Assembly: GCA_963844035.1 (NCBI GenBank)
Contig: CAWJMT010000004.1
Coordinates: 64,001-128,000 of the forward strand
DNA from: an uncultured Gemmatimonadales bacterium
GTDB lineage: Bacteria; Gemmatimonadota; Gemmatimonadetes; Gemmatimonadales; GWC2-71-9
Length of the DNA stretch: 64,000 nucleotides
Direction of reading: 5' to 3'
Shown: piece after piece, positions 1 through 13,352 of the stretch
How the letters are laid out: each line of letters opens with the position of its first letter
How positions within the stretch are numbered: the stretch's first letter is position 1
Notes under the pieces: generated by a model
What the model was told of the DNA's origin: nothing
The model's input: only the letters and a program-made list of their open reading frames with translations
Databases searched by the model: none
Position numbers and translations under genes: made by a program

Positions 1-1685
<1,685 letters not shown>

Positions 1686-1689
<4 letters not shown>

Positions 1690-2729
1690 GGCGCTGCCTG
1701 GGCCTCGAGCGCCAACAGGTCGATCACCGGATTCCCCAGGTAGTGGCTGCGCCCGGCACGCACGCGCGCAATCACCTGGATGATGGTGAGGGGTGTGAGC
1801 GACGCAACGAGCGCCCGTTTGGCGTCAGGAATCACCACGTACACAAAGCCACGCTCAGGAAGTGGACCGCGCGCGAGCAGGTACTTCGCGCCGATGGGGA
1901 TTTCGGGGCGCAGCTCGTCGGCTTGTTGGATCGCGATGTACTGCAGGGTCCACCGCACCGACTGCCCGACGAAGCGCTGGGGATCGGTCCGCACCTCGGC
2001 GGCCGTGACGCCCGCCAGCACGCCGGGGCCATCGGTGGCGAGGTCGACGGATTTCACCCATCCCTCGAGCTGCACGCGGCTCCAGTCCCCGGAGCGCGAC
2101 ATCACGCGCAGCGGCGTGGACTGTCCGAGCGTGCCCGCCTCCGGACCTTCCGGCGCGCGGTACAGCGTGGTGCGGCGCCGTGGCTGCGCGCGCGTGGCGT
2201 CCCCCGCACCTGAGTCGGACGCGGCCGGACCGGCCGCTCCAGCACCGGCGGCCGTGTCCGCAACCGGGCTCGCGGCGGCGGCGACCGTCCCCACCGGCTC
2301 GAGCGCGCTGCGTTTCATCCACCCGACGCGCTGCACGTGCACCCAGCGCTTGTCCTCGCCCACCTTGTTGAGCAGGAACCCCTCCGGAAGCTTCGCGACC
2401 AGTGCCCCACTGGGAGCGTCCCGGAGGTTCTCTTCAGGTGCACGGATCACGGCGAGATCCGCACCGGCGCGAGCCGTCACTCCAACCGACGTTGCAAAAA
2501 TCCATCCTTCGAGCGTCACTGCCTGCCAGTCGCCCCGCTCCTCCCCGCTCACCACCTCGGTGCCGACGGCCAGCTGCGCCAGGCGCTTTCCCTCGGGTTG
2601 CTGGTACAACCATTCGCTGTCGCCCGTGACGCGCAGACGCGCCTGCGCGCCGAGCCCATCGCCCGGGACGAACAACCCTGCGACACCGATGACAACTGGA
2701 AGAGCGCGAACGACTTGGCTACATTGCAC
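1686..2729 (-). CDS. Secreted SH3b-repeat protein
   Basis: Signal-like N-terminus and three SH3b-like repeats (GDWQAVTLEGWI, KRWVHVQRVGWM, GDWSRVQLEGWV); start approximate. Confidence 0.7.
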
Positions 2730-2738
2730 CCCTCCAAT

Positions 2739-4281
2739 ATGGCGAAGCGGCGTGGGCAACGCACCCCGGTCGGTCTCATCGTCCTCGACGGCTGGGGGTT
2801 CCGCCCTGGCCGTGTAGGCAATGCGATTGAGCTGGGCGACACTCCCACCTGGCATCGCCTGTGGGAGCGTGCGCCTCGTACCCTGCTCCACGCGTCGGGA
2901 CTCCCCGTCGGCTTACCCGAAGGGCAGATCGGGAACAGCGAAGTCGGGCATCTCAATCTCGGCGCCGGCCGGGTCGTCCCCCAGGACATGGTGCGGATCA
3001 CCCAGGCGATCACGTCGGGTGAATTCCAGCAGCTCCCTCCACTCGTAGATCTCTGCCGCACGCTGCAAAAAAGCGGTGGCACCCTGCACCTGCTCGCGCT
3101 GCTGGGCCGCGGCGGCGTGCACGCGCTCGACACGCATCTGCTGGCGGGAGTTCGCCTCGGCAACGCGTTCGGCGTGCCGGTCGCGATCCACGCCTGGCTT
3201 GATGGGCGCGATACGCCACCGCAAGTCGGGGCTCGGCTTTATGGAGGAGTTGCTTCAGGCGGTCGGGCGGTCAGGCGGTCAGGCGGTCGTGTCGACCCTG
3301 ATCGGGCGCTACTTCGCAATGGACCGCGACAAGCGCTGGGACCGGATCAAGCTTGCCTATGACGCCATGGTGCACGGAGTCGGCGAGCCCGCGGCGGACG
3401 CAGTGAGCGCGATTCGGAGCGCCTACGAAGCCGGTCAAACCGACGAGTTCGTCAAGCCGCGGGTGATCACCGGGGCCCCGCGCATCCGCACCGGGGATGG
3501 CGTGTTCTGCGTCAACTTCCGGGCGGACCGCATGCGGCAGATCGTGCAGGCCCTCGCGGGCGAGGGCTTTGAAGGATTCGACGTGGGGACCCGGCCCACG
3601 GTCCGCCTGGTCACGATGACGCAATACGACCAAACGTTCCCCTTCCCGGCCGCATTCGGCCCCATGGTGCTATCCCGGATCGTCGCCGAGGTGCTCTCGG
3701 AGCGCGGCAAGACTATGTTCCGGACGGCCGAGACCGAGAAATACGCCCATGTGACGTATTTCTTCAACGGCGGCATCGAGCCGCCCTACCCCGGCGAGGA
3801 GCGGCAGCTGGTGCCCTCGCAGAAGGTGGCGACGTACGATCTGCTGCCCGAGATGAGCGCCCCAGGCGTGACGGACGTGTTGTGCGGTGCCATCGAGCGC
3901 GGCGAGCACGACTTCATCCTGTGCAACTACGCCAACGGGGACATGGTCGGGCATTCCGGGGTACTAAGCGCGGCCGTGAAAGCGGTGGAGGCGGTGGATC
4001 GCTGCCTCGCGCGGGTCGTGGCGAGCGCCGAGCGTGCGGGAACCACGTTGCTCATCACGGCCGATCATGGCAATTGCGAGCTGATGATCGATCCGGTAAC
4101 CGATGGTCCGCACACGGCGCACACGACGAATCCGGTGCCGCTGGTAATGGTCGGTGACCAGGCCGCGGGCCCGTTGCGCCACGGCGGCTCGCTGCGCGAC
4201 GTCGGGCCCACCGTGCTCGCGATGCTCGGGCTGGAGCCACCGGCGGAGATGACGGGGCGGGACCTACGAAAGGTGGATTAA
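2739..4281 (+). CDS. gpmI: 2,3-bisphosphoglycerate-independent phosphoglycerate mutase, frameshift ~3220
   Basis: LIVLDGWG, GQIGNSEVGHLNLGAGR, GRYFAMDRDKRW, AETEKYAHVTYFFNGG, NGDMVGHSG, TADHGN. Confidence 0.97.
3258..3289 (+). repeat. 4x GGCGGTC(A/G) octamer tandem repeat inside gpmI
   Basis: GGCGGTCG GGCGGTCA GGCGGTCA GGCGGTCG, encoding AVGRSGGQAV. Confidence 0.9.
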
Positions 4282-5040
4282 TGGGCGGATGGAAAGTGAG
4301 GCGGGCAGGCGGGAAGGCGGGAAGGCGGGTGGCACCGCGGTTCGCGCTGCGGGCTGCACTCGTGGGCGCGGCGGCGCTACTGACCGCCTTCCCGCCTGCC
4401 CGCCTTTCCGCCCAAATCGGTTATCCCCCAGAGCACTCCCCGTACCGCGACGTCAAACGCGGCCGCTCGCTGATCCTCGGCGGAGGCTACCTGACCGGCG
4501 AGCGCGGGGTCGTCGAACGTGGGACCCTCGGACGGCCCTACCGCGACCGCGCGCTTCGAGGTGTCGTTCGGCAAGCCGCTCGCGTTCTATCTGGAGACGA
4601 CGTATGCGCGGTTGTCCCGCTACATCGCCGATCCGAGCCAGAACGAGGAGGATCACTTCTCCGGGCCGGTCCAGTCCAACGTCGGGATCGTCATGGGCGG
4701 CGTGCATCTCAATATCACGGGGCCGAAGACGTGGCACCATTTTGGCCCGTACATCGGCGGCGCCGCCGGAGTCGTGTTCGCGGACGACCCGCCGGCCGAC
4801 TCGAGCGGGTACAAGTTCTCGGCCAAGGCCATCGTTGGACCGGAAGTGGGCCTCCGCTTGTATCTGAGCCGGCGGTTCGCGGTGCGCACCGAGATGCGCT
4901 GGATGTTCTGGCAGCTGAAATACCCGTCCACCTTTAAGTCGCCGTCGCCGGACGGGAGCCGGATCCTCCCCATCGACGCGGACGATGATGAGTGGACCAG
5001 CCACCCATGGCTCACCGTCATGCTGGCCTGGACGTTGTAG
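4281..5040 (+). CDS. Putative outer-membrane beta-barrel protein, frameshift ~4518
   Basis: Signal peptide (..LSAQIG), alternating amphipathic strands, aromatic C-terminal strand (WLTVMLAWTL). Confidence 0.6.
4299..4405. repeat. Perfect 22-bp inverted repeat built from AGGCGGG(C/A) octamers within a signal-peptide coding region
   Basis: AGGCGGGCAGGCGGGAAGGCGG (4299-4320) is the reverse complement of CCGCCTTCCCGCCTGCCCGCCT (4384-4405). Confidence 0.9.
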
Positions 5041-5079
5041 CGGCCGCCCCGCCCCACACCTGACGCGCGTGTCCTCGCG

Positions 5080-5499
5080 ATGCCCATCAGCTACCTTACA
5101 CGCGTCGTAGAGTTCACCGCCACGCACCGGATCCGGCGCGCTGACTGGTCTGACGAGCGCAACAGCCGGGAATTTGGGAACGCCGCCCACGATCACGGGC
5201 ACCGCTATCAGTGCCATGTGACCGTGAAGGGACCACTGGCACCCGAGACGGGCGGCGTGACGAGTCTCATGGCACTCGATGCCCTGCTGGCCGAGGAGAT
5301 CACCGCGCGCTTTGGCGGCAAAGACATCGGCACTGCGGCGCCTCAGTTCGCCGCCGGGGGCTGGCTGGCCACCGGCGAAGCGCTGGCCGTGTACGTGTGG
5401 GGCAGACTCGCCGGCCGACTGCCGGCCGGAGTCACGATGCACGCGGTGCGGATCCAGGAGGACGCCCATCTCTACTCCGAGTACCTCGGCGAGCCCTGA
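5080..5499 (+). CDS. 6-pyruvoyl/6-carboxy-tetrahydropterin synthase family (QueD/PTPS-like)
   Basis: EFTATHR, HGHRYQCHVTVKG, TGEALA, VRIQE motifs; the usual active-site Cys appears replaced by Ala. Confidence 0.85.
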   Translation: MPISYLTRVVEFTATHRIRRADWSDERNSREFGNAAHDHGHRYQCHVTVKGPLAPETGGVTSLMALDALLAEEITARFGGKDIGTAAPQFAAGGWLATGEALAVYVWGRLAGRLPAGVTMHAVRIQEDAHLYSEYLGEP

Positions 5500-5920
5500 T
5501 CCGCCCGCTGACCTGGAACCGGATGCCCTGCGCGCTCTGCTGCGAGCGGCGAAGACCATCGCCGTCGTCGGGTTGTCACCGGACGCGGAGCGGCCGAGTC
5601 ATCGGGTGGCGTCCTACTTACGCTCGGCAGGATACCGAATCGTCCCGGTGAACCCGATCCACGAGCGCATCCTGGGCGAAGTCAGTTACCCCACTCTCAC
5701 GGCGGCTGCGCAATCCGGCCGCATCGACATCGTCGACGTGTTTCGCCGCAGTGAGTTCGTCGGACCGATCGTGGACGAAGGCGTAGCGCTCAAGCCCGCG
5801 CTCATTTGGCTGCAGCTCGGGGTGCGCGACGCTGCGGCGCGCGCCCGCGCCGCGGCAGCGGGAATCCCGTGCATCATGGATCGCTGTCTCATGGTGGCGC
5901 ACCGCGAGCTACGCGTGTGA
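5500..5920 (+). CDS. CoA-binding protein (YccU-like)
   Basis: TIAVVGLSPDAERPSHRVASYL..GYRIVPVNP, IDIVDVFRRSE, IWLQLG, MDRC; start uncertain. Confidence 0.9.
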
Positions 5921-6783
5921 CGCGCCGCGCCCGGATGTCCACGCTGGCAGCCGTGACGCTCAGCTGCACCTGGGCGCCATTCATCGCGGCGCAAACCACG
6001 GACGAGCCCAGACTTTTCCTTACCGTGTTTGGGGGGTATCGGATCGGCCAGCCCCTGTGGAGTCTCACGCGGCAGTCCTTCGCTGTACTCGTGCCCGGCA
6101 TGCCGATCTATGACTCCGCCGTCGTGGCCAGCCCCGGCCTGTATGACACCCTCGACCTGCAGCGGGAATTCACGCCCAGCTTTGCGCTCGGGGTTTCGGG
6201 CACGTATTTCTCCGGGCCGCACCTGGGATTCCAGGGCGAGTTCGCGTTCCTCAGCATGGGCCTCGAGAGCCACTGCGCGATCCGCCAGACCCAGCCTCCC
6301 TACCCGGGCGACATCGACCCGCAGCTGTGCGCCTCCCTGGAGCGGCAAACGACCCCGTCGAGCGCCGTGACGATATCGTTCGGGGTGGTCGGGCGTGCGA
6401 CTCCGGGAGGAGGCGTCTACCCATATGCGCGCGCCAACGCGGGCGTGCTAGCGCGCACGCGGAGCGCGATCGAGATGGTCGGGCAGTATTCCACTCCGAG
6501 GGGACCGGCCAGCGCGCTCGTCGTCGCCGACCCGGACCCCGCCAACACGACGTTTCAGCTCACGCTCGGGGCCGGCATCGCGCTGTCCGCGGGGACCGGG
6601 TACCAGGTGTGGATGGAAGGCCGCGACGTTCTGGCCCAGGTCGGCGTGGTGACCGGCTCCGCCGATCCGAGCAGCCCGAGCGGCGTGCTGGTGCCCCCGT
6701 CGGGTACGCGGTTCGTGCACAACTACATGTTCGTGATCGGACTGGACGTCGTGTTCGAGAAGCAGCGCCGCCGCCGTTATTGA
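5917..6783 (+). CDS. Hypothetical secreted/outer-membrane beta-strand protein
   Basis: Signal-like N-terminus (..IAAQ), amphipathic strands (VYPYARANAGV, FVIGLDVVF). Confidence 0.55.
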   Translation: MTRRARMSTLAAVTLSCTWAPFIAAQTTDEPRLFLTVFGGYRIGQPLWSLTRQSFAVLVPGMPIYDSAVVASPGLYDTLDLQREFTPSFALGVSGTYFSGPHLGFQGEFAFLSMGLESHCAIRQTQPPYPGDIDPQLCASLERQTTPSSAVTISFGVVGRATPGGGVYPYARANAGVLARTRSAIEMVGQYSTPRGPASALVVADPDPANTTFQLTLGAGIALSAGTGYQVWMEGRDVLAQVGVVTGSADPSSPSGVLVPPSGTRFVHNYMFVIGLDVVFEKQRRRRY

Positions 6784-6786
6784 CCG

Positions 6787-7627
6787 ATGATACGCGTTCA
6801 CGCCGACCCAAAGCTCGCCCGTGCGCTGCGGATCTCAAGCGCGATCGTCCTCGTGGCCCTCGTGTACTGGTCGAGCGGCCACACACCCCCCAGCGTGCGC
6901 CTTGGGATCCTGTACATCGTGCCCGTGCTGCTCGTCACCTGGCACGACGGCCTCAGCTGGGGTGTCGCGTTCGCCGTCGGTACCGGCGTGCTGCGCTTCA
7001 TGACCGGCCTCGAAAAACTGCCCCCCGACACATCAATGCACCGTTCGCCTCGTGAATGAGGCGGCGTTCCAGACCGTCCTGATCGTAGCGATGGCCGGGA
7101 TCGCGAAGCTGCAGCACACCCAGGCGAAGCTGGAGCAGCTCGCGACCCAGGATCCGCTCACCGGCGCGCTGAACGCACGCTCCTTTGTGGAACGGTTGGC
7201 GCAGGAGCTCGAGCGGATCCGACGCTACAGCCGTCCGCTCGCGTTGCTCTACCTCGATCTCGACGACTTCAAGGTCGTGAACGACCGGCACGGCCATCAG
7301 ACCGGCGACGCCGTGCTGCGGCTGGTCGCGAACGCGACGCGGCGTGCGATTCGGCAGTCGGACGTCGTCGGCCGGCTTGGGGGCGATGAATTCGGCGTGC
7401 TGATGCCCGAGACCGACAGCGTCGTCGCCGAGGCGGCGGCGACCCGGCTCGCAGCCGGAATCCGCTCCGTGTTCCAGGGCACACCCTCGGTGACGGCCAG
7501 TATCGGTCTCGTCTCTACCATCAACGCCGCCTCCCTCGGAGCGGAAGAGCTGCTGCGCCGGGCCGACAAGGCGATGTACGAAGCGAAGCGCACCGGCAAG
7601 GACCGCGTCGTGCAGGTCGCGATCTGA
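6787..7627 (+). CDS. Membrane-anchored diguanylate cyclase (GGDEF), frameshift ~7040
   Basis: Several TM helices, then DPLTGALN, DLDDFKVVNDRHGHQTGD, RxxD I-site (RQSD), RLGGDEF, ADKAMYEAK. Confidence 0.93.
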
Positions 7628-8286
7628 TGGGCGCGGCGACCGCGCTCATGCTGCCCCCGCTCAAGGAAGTGCTGCTCATCTTCACGTCGGTCCTGTTCAT
7701 CGTGGACCCGTTCGCCGCGGTCCCGAGCTTTCTCGCCATGACCGAGCACGATACCCCATCGGCGCGCCGCTCCATGGCGCGGCGCGGCGCCTGGACCTGT
7801 GCCGTCACTCTGACGCTGTTCGCGCTCGGCGGGAGCCTCATCTTCACACTGTTCGGGATTACGCTCGGTGCATTCAAGATCGCCGGCGGCGTGCTGATCG
7901 GACTGAACGCCATCGACATGGTGCAAGCGCGCCGCAGCCAGCAACAGGAAACTCCATTGGAGCGCGCCGAGGGCACCCTCAAGGAGGACATCGGGATCAT
8001 TCCGCTCGGCCTCCCGATGCTCGCCGGCCCCGGGGCCATCTCGACCGTGATGGTGCTCGCGGGCCAGTCCACCAGGACGGTCACCACCTTCGCCGTCTAC
8101 GGCGCGATCGCCCTGACTGCCTTCGTTTCGTTTCTGACCCTCGCCACCGCCACCCTCGTGGAACAGCGGTTGGGCCAGACGGGAATGCGCATCCTCACGC
8201 GCTGTATGGGTCTGGTGCTGTGCGCGATTGCCGTGCAGTTCATCGTGGACGGGATCAAGATGTCGGGGCTCGCCGGCACGCCGTGA
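7627..8286 (+). CDS. MarC family membrane protein
   Basis: IVDPFAAVP, IIPLGLPMLAGPGAISTV, TRCMGLVLCAIAVQFI. Confidence 0.93.
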   Translation: MGAATALMLPPLKEVLLIFTSVLFIVDPFAAVPSFLAMTEHDTPSARRSMARRGAWTCAVTLTLFALGGSLIFTLFGITLGAFKIAGGVLIGLNAIDMVQARRSQQQETPLERAEGTLKEDIGIIPLGLPMLAGPGAISTVMVLAGQSTRTVTTFAVYGAIALTAFVSFLTLATATLVEQRLGQTGMRILTRCMGLVLCAIAVQFIVDGIKMSGLAGTP

Positions 8287-9531
8287 TTCGCGTCGCCGCC
8301 CTCGCCCTCAGCGTGGCGTGGGCACCCCTGACGTGGCTCGCCGCACAGCACGCGCCCACGGCCCAGCTGTCCGGCCAGGGGATCCTCATCTACACGCACG
8401 TCGATCCGATTCCGGGAGGGGGCACCCTCGGCGAGGCGCGGTTGGTGCAGCCGATCGTCATGCTCGACGTGGCCGCACTCCAGCGCCGACTGCTGCTTCA
8501 TGTCTCAGCCGACTTCGAGGGGTGGACGCTCGCGAACGGCGAGCTCGCGCCGGGCGTCTGGGGAGAGGGCTACGTCGATCGGCGCCACCCGCACACGTAC
8601 CTCCACGAGCTGATGTTGACCTGGCCCGACGCCTTGGGCCGGCTCGACGGCAGCGCACGCACCACGCTCAGCGCCGGCAAGGGATTCGTGCCCTTCGGGA
8701 GCGACGACCCGATGAGCCGCCCCATCGAGCGGTTTCCCGTGAACCACCACTTGAGCCAGATCCTCGAGCGCGCGGTGGCGATCGTTGCCGTCGATGCAGG
8801 TCCCGCGACGTTCGAGGCCTCGTTGTTCAACGGCGATGAGCCGACGAGCCCGAGCGATTGGCCCGATCTCAGCCGGTTCGGGGATTCCTGGGCCGTGCGC
8901 CTCACCCTCCGCCCGGCGTCGGGGCTCGAGGGACAGGTCTCCACCGCCCTGGTCCACTCCCCGGAACACGAGGGCGGGGCGGGACCGGACGCCCGGAAAT
9001 GGAGCACCTCGTTCCGGGCCGACCGCCCGATCGGCAGCGCCAGGTTCTATGGGTTGGCGGAGTGGGCCCGCACTTCGGAGGCAGACGGGGCGTTCGTGTT
9101 TCACAGCGTGCTCCTCGAAGCCGCCCTCACGCACGGGGCGCCACCATCCCTACTACCGCTTCGAGCGCACCGAGCGCCCCGAGGAGACCCGCACGGCCGA
9201 CGACCCGTTCCGCACCGTCCGCCCCCCGCTCGACAATTCCCTGCTCGGCATCACGCGCTGGTCCATTCACACCGCGGGATACGGCGTGCGGCTGGGCACC
9301 GCCGTACGGCGCCTCACGCTCGAGCCGTTCGTGGAGGTCTCGTTCGGCCGGATCGCCACGGTTGGCGAGGGGTTCTTCGACCCGGTGGCCGTGTACGGGA
9401 GCGATACGTTTCGATCGGTGAGCATCGGACTGTGGCTCGACTGGGGCATGCGGGGACACCGTATGGGCCGCTACGGGGTTCCAATGGATATGCCGGACAT
9501 GCCCATGCACATGAGCCACCGTGCGCGCTGA
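8283..9531 (+). CDS. Secreted/outer-membrane protein with His motifs and a Met/His-rich tail, frameshift ~9135
   Basis: Signal peptide, DRRHPHTYLHELM, VNHHLSQILE, beta-strand pattern, C-terminal MDMPDMPMHMSH. Confidence 0.6.
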
Positions 9532-10698
9532 GCGCCGTCTCCGCCTCGGCGCGGCCGCCTTGGTCGCGGCATGCGTCGCCTGCGACAACGCGGACACCGG
9601 GCCGACCCAAGGCACCCCGTCATCCGGGGTCGTGCTCGTCGCCAGCGTGCCCATTCCCGCCAACTACGGCATCCACGACACCTTCATACGCGACGGACTG
9701 GCGTTCGTGTGTGCCTGGAATACGGGGGTCATGATCTTCGACGTGGGGAACGGCATCGCGGGGGGAAGCCCAGCCAATCCGAAGTTGATCAGCACATACG
9801 CGACCGTCGGGGGCCAGGCCCACAACGCGTGGTGGTTCTGGAATCCGCACACGAGTGAGAAGAAGTACCTCTTTGTCGGGCAGGAAGGACCGGCCAGCGG
9901 CTTGAGCTCCTCCTCGGGAGACATTCATGTCGTCGATGTGTCGGACCTCGCGCATCCCAGCGAGGTCGCCTCGTTCCATCTGGACGGCGCCGGCACGCAC
10001 AACTTCTGGATGGACGAGGACGCGCAGATCCTGTACGCCGCCTACTACAACCAGGGCGTCATCGCGCTCGACGTCTCAGGCACGCTGCTCGGCGACCTGT
10101 CGACCCGGTTGATCGACAGCATCAGGCCGGGCGGCGTCGGGAGCACCTATACGTGGGGCGTGCAGCTCCAGGGATCGCTGTACGCCGTCGACATGCTGAG
10201 CGGCTTCTGGCAGCTCCATCTGGCTGGCGGGAAGTTCAGCGTGCTCGGCGGCGGGAACAACGTGCCCGAGCGGTACGGCTCGGATCTCGCGGTCGGGACG
10301 AACGGGTTCGCCTACACCGGCACCTGGGGGACCAGAGCCGGGAATCCGCCGGCAACGCCGTCAAGATTTGGAGGCTCGATTCGTCAGGAGCGCCGATCCT
10401 GGCGGACTCCATCATCATTCCGGCTATCAGCACGGTGAGCGACATCAAGGTGAGCCCGGACGGCAAGCTCTTGATGTTCACCGCGGAGCGTGGCGCGAAC
10501 GCCGGGTTCTGGTTCTACAGCCTCGCCAATCCCGCGAAGCCGTCGTACGCCGGGCAGTATCTGGTGCCGACCAGCTCGGGTGGCATTCATACCGGGAAAT
10601 TTGCCACCATCGGCGGAAGGCTGTATGCGTTCGGTGCCCAGGACCCGACCCCCGGGTCCGCACTGGTGATCCTCGACGTCACCGCGATCGACCAGTAG
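9521..10698 (+). CDS. LVIVD-repeat lipoprotein (beta-propeller), frameshift ~10345
   Basis: Lipobox-like LVAAC; repeats GVMIFDVGN, IHVVDVSDLAHP, GVIALDVS, LVILDVT; HN motifs. Confidence 0.75.
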
Positions 10699-10707
10699 GC
10701 CGCCGGC

Positions 10708-12358
10708 TCACATCCGCCGGTACTTCGGCCCGCTCCCGCCCTCCCTCGGCATCCAGCGCGGCCCTAACACGTCCGTCGCCTTGCAGTCGATACAGTTCGG
10801 TGCGTTGATCCGCAGTGTTCCCGTCCGCTACCTCGTACACACCGGCCGGACACAGGTGGGCGTAGAACTGCGCCACGTCCGCGGGGATGTCCTTTCCCAC
10901 GATGAGATGCGTGGGGATCGTGTCCCGGGTGGCGTTCCCCGATTTGAATACCGCGTCGAGCTTCGAGAAGGTGAGACGCCCGTCGGGCGCGAATGGCCCC
11001 GGGCTCACGCCCGGGGCTACTCGGCGCGGGACGTCGGCATCCGCGCTCCATCGCGATCTTCCCACCCGGAAACCGGCCGCCGGTCAGTGACATCAGCCCC
11101 GCCTTCACGCCTCCCACGTAGAAACCGTCCTTGAACGCGAGCCGCATGTTGCGGGTCCGGTACAGGTCCTTCATGATGAACGATTCGTTCACCATCCGGT
11201 CGTACTGCTGCGAGCCGCGCCGCGGAGAGATCGTCCGCGCCGAGCGCCGCATGGATCGCGCGCGCGGCGAACATTCCCGACTGCATGGCGTAGTGAATTC
11301 CCTTGAGTGACGGGACATCCACAAAGCCCGCGGAATCCCCCAGGACCACGACCCCGTCCCCGAGCGGCGCGCGGGCACCGAGTAGAAGCCGCCCTCGGGA
11401 ATCGTCTTCGCACCCCACTCGACCATCGTTCCGCCCTCGAGGTACTGCCGGAACAGCGGGTGCAGCTTCATCCGCTGCAGCAGCACGTGCACGTCGAGGT
11501 CGCGGTCCCTGTAGTCCAGCCCCACCACCAGGCCCGAGCGCCACCAGATTCGGCTCGAGCGGATACATGAAGCTGCCGCCGAACGCATCGGTCGGGAGCG
11601 GCCAGCCGAGTGTGTGCACGACGGTGTCGAGCGGCTTCTGTGGTCTCCCAAATTTCCTTGACGCCAAGGGCAAATATCTGCGGATTCTGGGACGGCACCT
11701 GCTGCCACTCGCCCCACGCCTGCGCGAGCATCCCCCGCGTCCCCTCGGCGAGCGCCGTGACGCGTGCCACGAGATCGGTCGGTGGCTGGGAATTGGCCAA
11801 CGGCTTCCCATCGCGGTCGAGCCCGCTCGCGGCGGTGCGTACGCCCGCCACCCGCTTCCCGCTCACGAGCAGGCTCGAGGCCGGGAATCCGGGGAACACG
11901 TTCACACCCAGCGCCTCTGCCTTGGCCCCGAGCCAGGCCACGATCTCGCACAGCGAGGCGACGTAGTGACCGTGGTTGTGCATCGTCGGGGGCACTGGCA
12001 GACGCAGTCGGCCGTCAGCAGTCAGGAGATACACGGCTTCTTTGCCGACGGGGCCGCGGAACGGGAAATCCGCGTCGTTCAGGTCGGGGAACAGCTCGCG
12101 AAACGCGCGCGGATTGACGACCGCTCCGGACAGCGAGTGCTCGCCCAGCGCTGCCGCCTTCTCGAGCACGCCGATGTTGAGCTCGTTGCCGTCGCGCCGC
12201 GCGAGTTGAGCCAGCTCGATGGCGCATGCCAGCCCTGCCGGCCCGGCGCCGACGATCAGGACGTCGAGGTCCATCCGCTCGCCCGCACCTGGTGCGCCGA
12301 CCGGCACCAGGAGCCGATCGAGCGGCAGGGGCGGCTGGTAGGTTGCGGGGAGGATCAT
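10708..12358 (-). CDS. Electron-transfer flavoprotein:quinone oxidoreductase (FixC-like with C-terminal ferredoxin), several frameshifts
   Basis: [64 protein letters not shown]-terminal GPKYRRM. Confidence 0.92.
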
Positions 12359-13352
12359 GACGAAATGGCCAGAGTCTTCTTTATCTCCTCGGTGAGCCGT
12401 CGGCACGATTTCGAACAGGTCCCCCACGATCCCGTAGTCCGCCACCTTGAAGATCGGGGCGTCTTTGTCGCGATTGACGGCCACGATCACCTTGGCGGTG
12501 CGCATGCCGGCGAGGTGCTGGATCGCGCCGGAGATACCGACCGCGACATAGAGCGTGGGACTGACGGTCTTCCCCGTCTGTCCCACCTGGTCGGCGTGCG
12601 GGCGCCAGCCGGCGTCGACCACGGCGCGCGACGCGCCCACCGCGGCCTTGCCCCCGAACGCGCGGGCCAGCTCTTCCAGCAGCGCGAAGTTCGCCGGCTC
12701 CTTGAGACCCCGCCCGCCCGACACGACGATCGGCGCCTCCCCCACATCGAGCGCACCCTGCGCCGCGGCCTTCACCTCCCGCACGACGACTCGCCCGACC
12801 GTCCGCGCTCGCCGAGCGTCGGGGACTCGACGGTGCCCGCTCGCGGCCGCTCCACCGGCGTAAACACACTGGGTCGCAGCGACACCACGGCGGGGCTGGC
12901 GGTGATCTTGATCTTGAGCAGCGCCTTCCCCGCATACACCGGACGCGTGGCGACGACGGCCCCTCCCTCCCACCCGAGGTCGGTGACTTCGCCCGCCAGC
13001 GGGACGCCGAGCTGCGCCGCGACCCGTGGAGCGAGATCACGTCCCGGTCGCACTCGCGGGAAAGAGCACCGCCGCATGCTTGCCGGCTCTTCGCGAACGC
13101 AGTGACCGTGCGGGCGTAGCCTTCCGGTGCGTAGCGTTGGAACGCGGCGTGTTTGAGCACGATCACCGCGGTCGGCGCCGAAACGACCCACATCTTCCAG
13201 CCCCTTCATTGGCCCCTCGGCGCGCGAGCACGAGCGCGTCCACGGTGCCGCCGAGTGGCGTCCGCGAGGCGTCGCGCTGCCGTCACGACTTCGAGCGACA
13301 CGTTGCGCAGCGTGCCGTCTCGCTGCTCGAGCACCGCGAGGACCGCGCTCAC
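12355..13352 (-). CDS. etfA: Electron transfer flavoprotein alpha subunit, frameshifted
   Basis: [55 protein letters not shown]. Confidence 0.95.

Noticed and set aside
11468..12973. Apparent EtfA-ETF:QO fusion
   Set aside because: Frameshift near 12400; etfA ends [13 protein letters not shown] overlapping the ETF:QO ATG.
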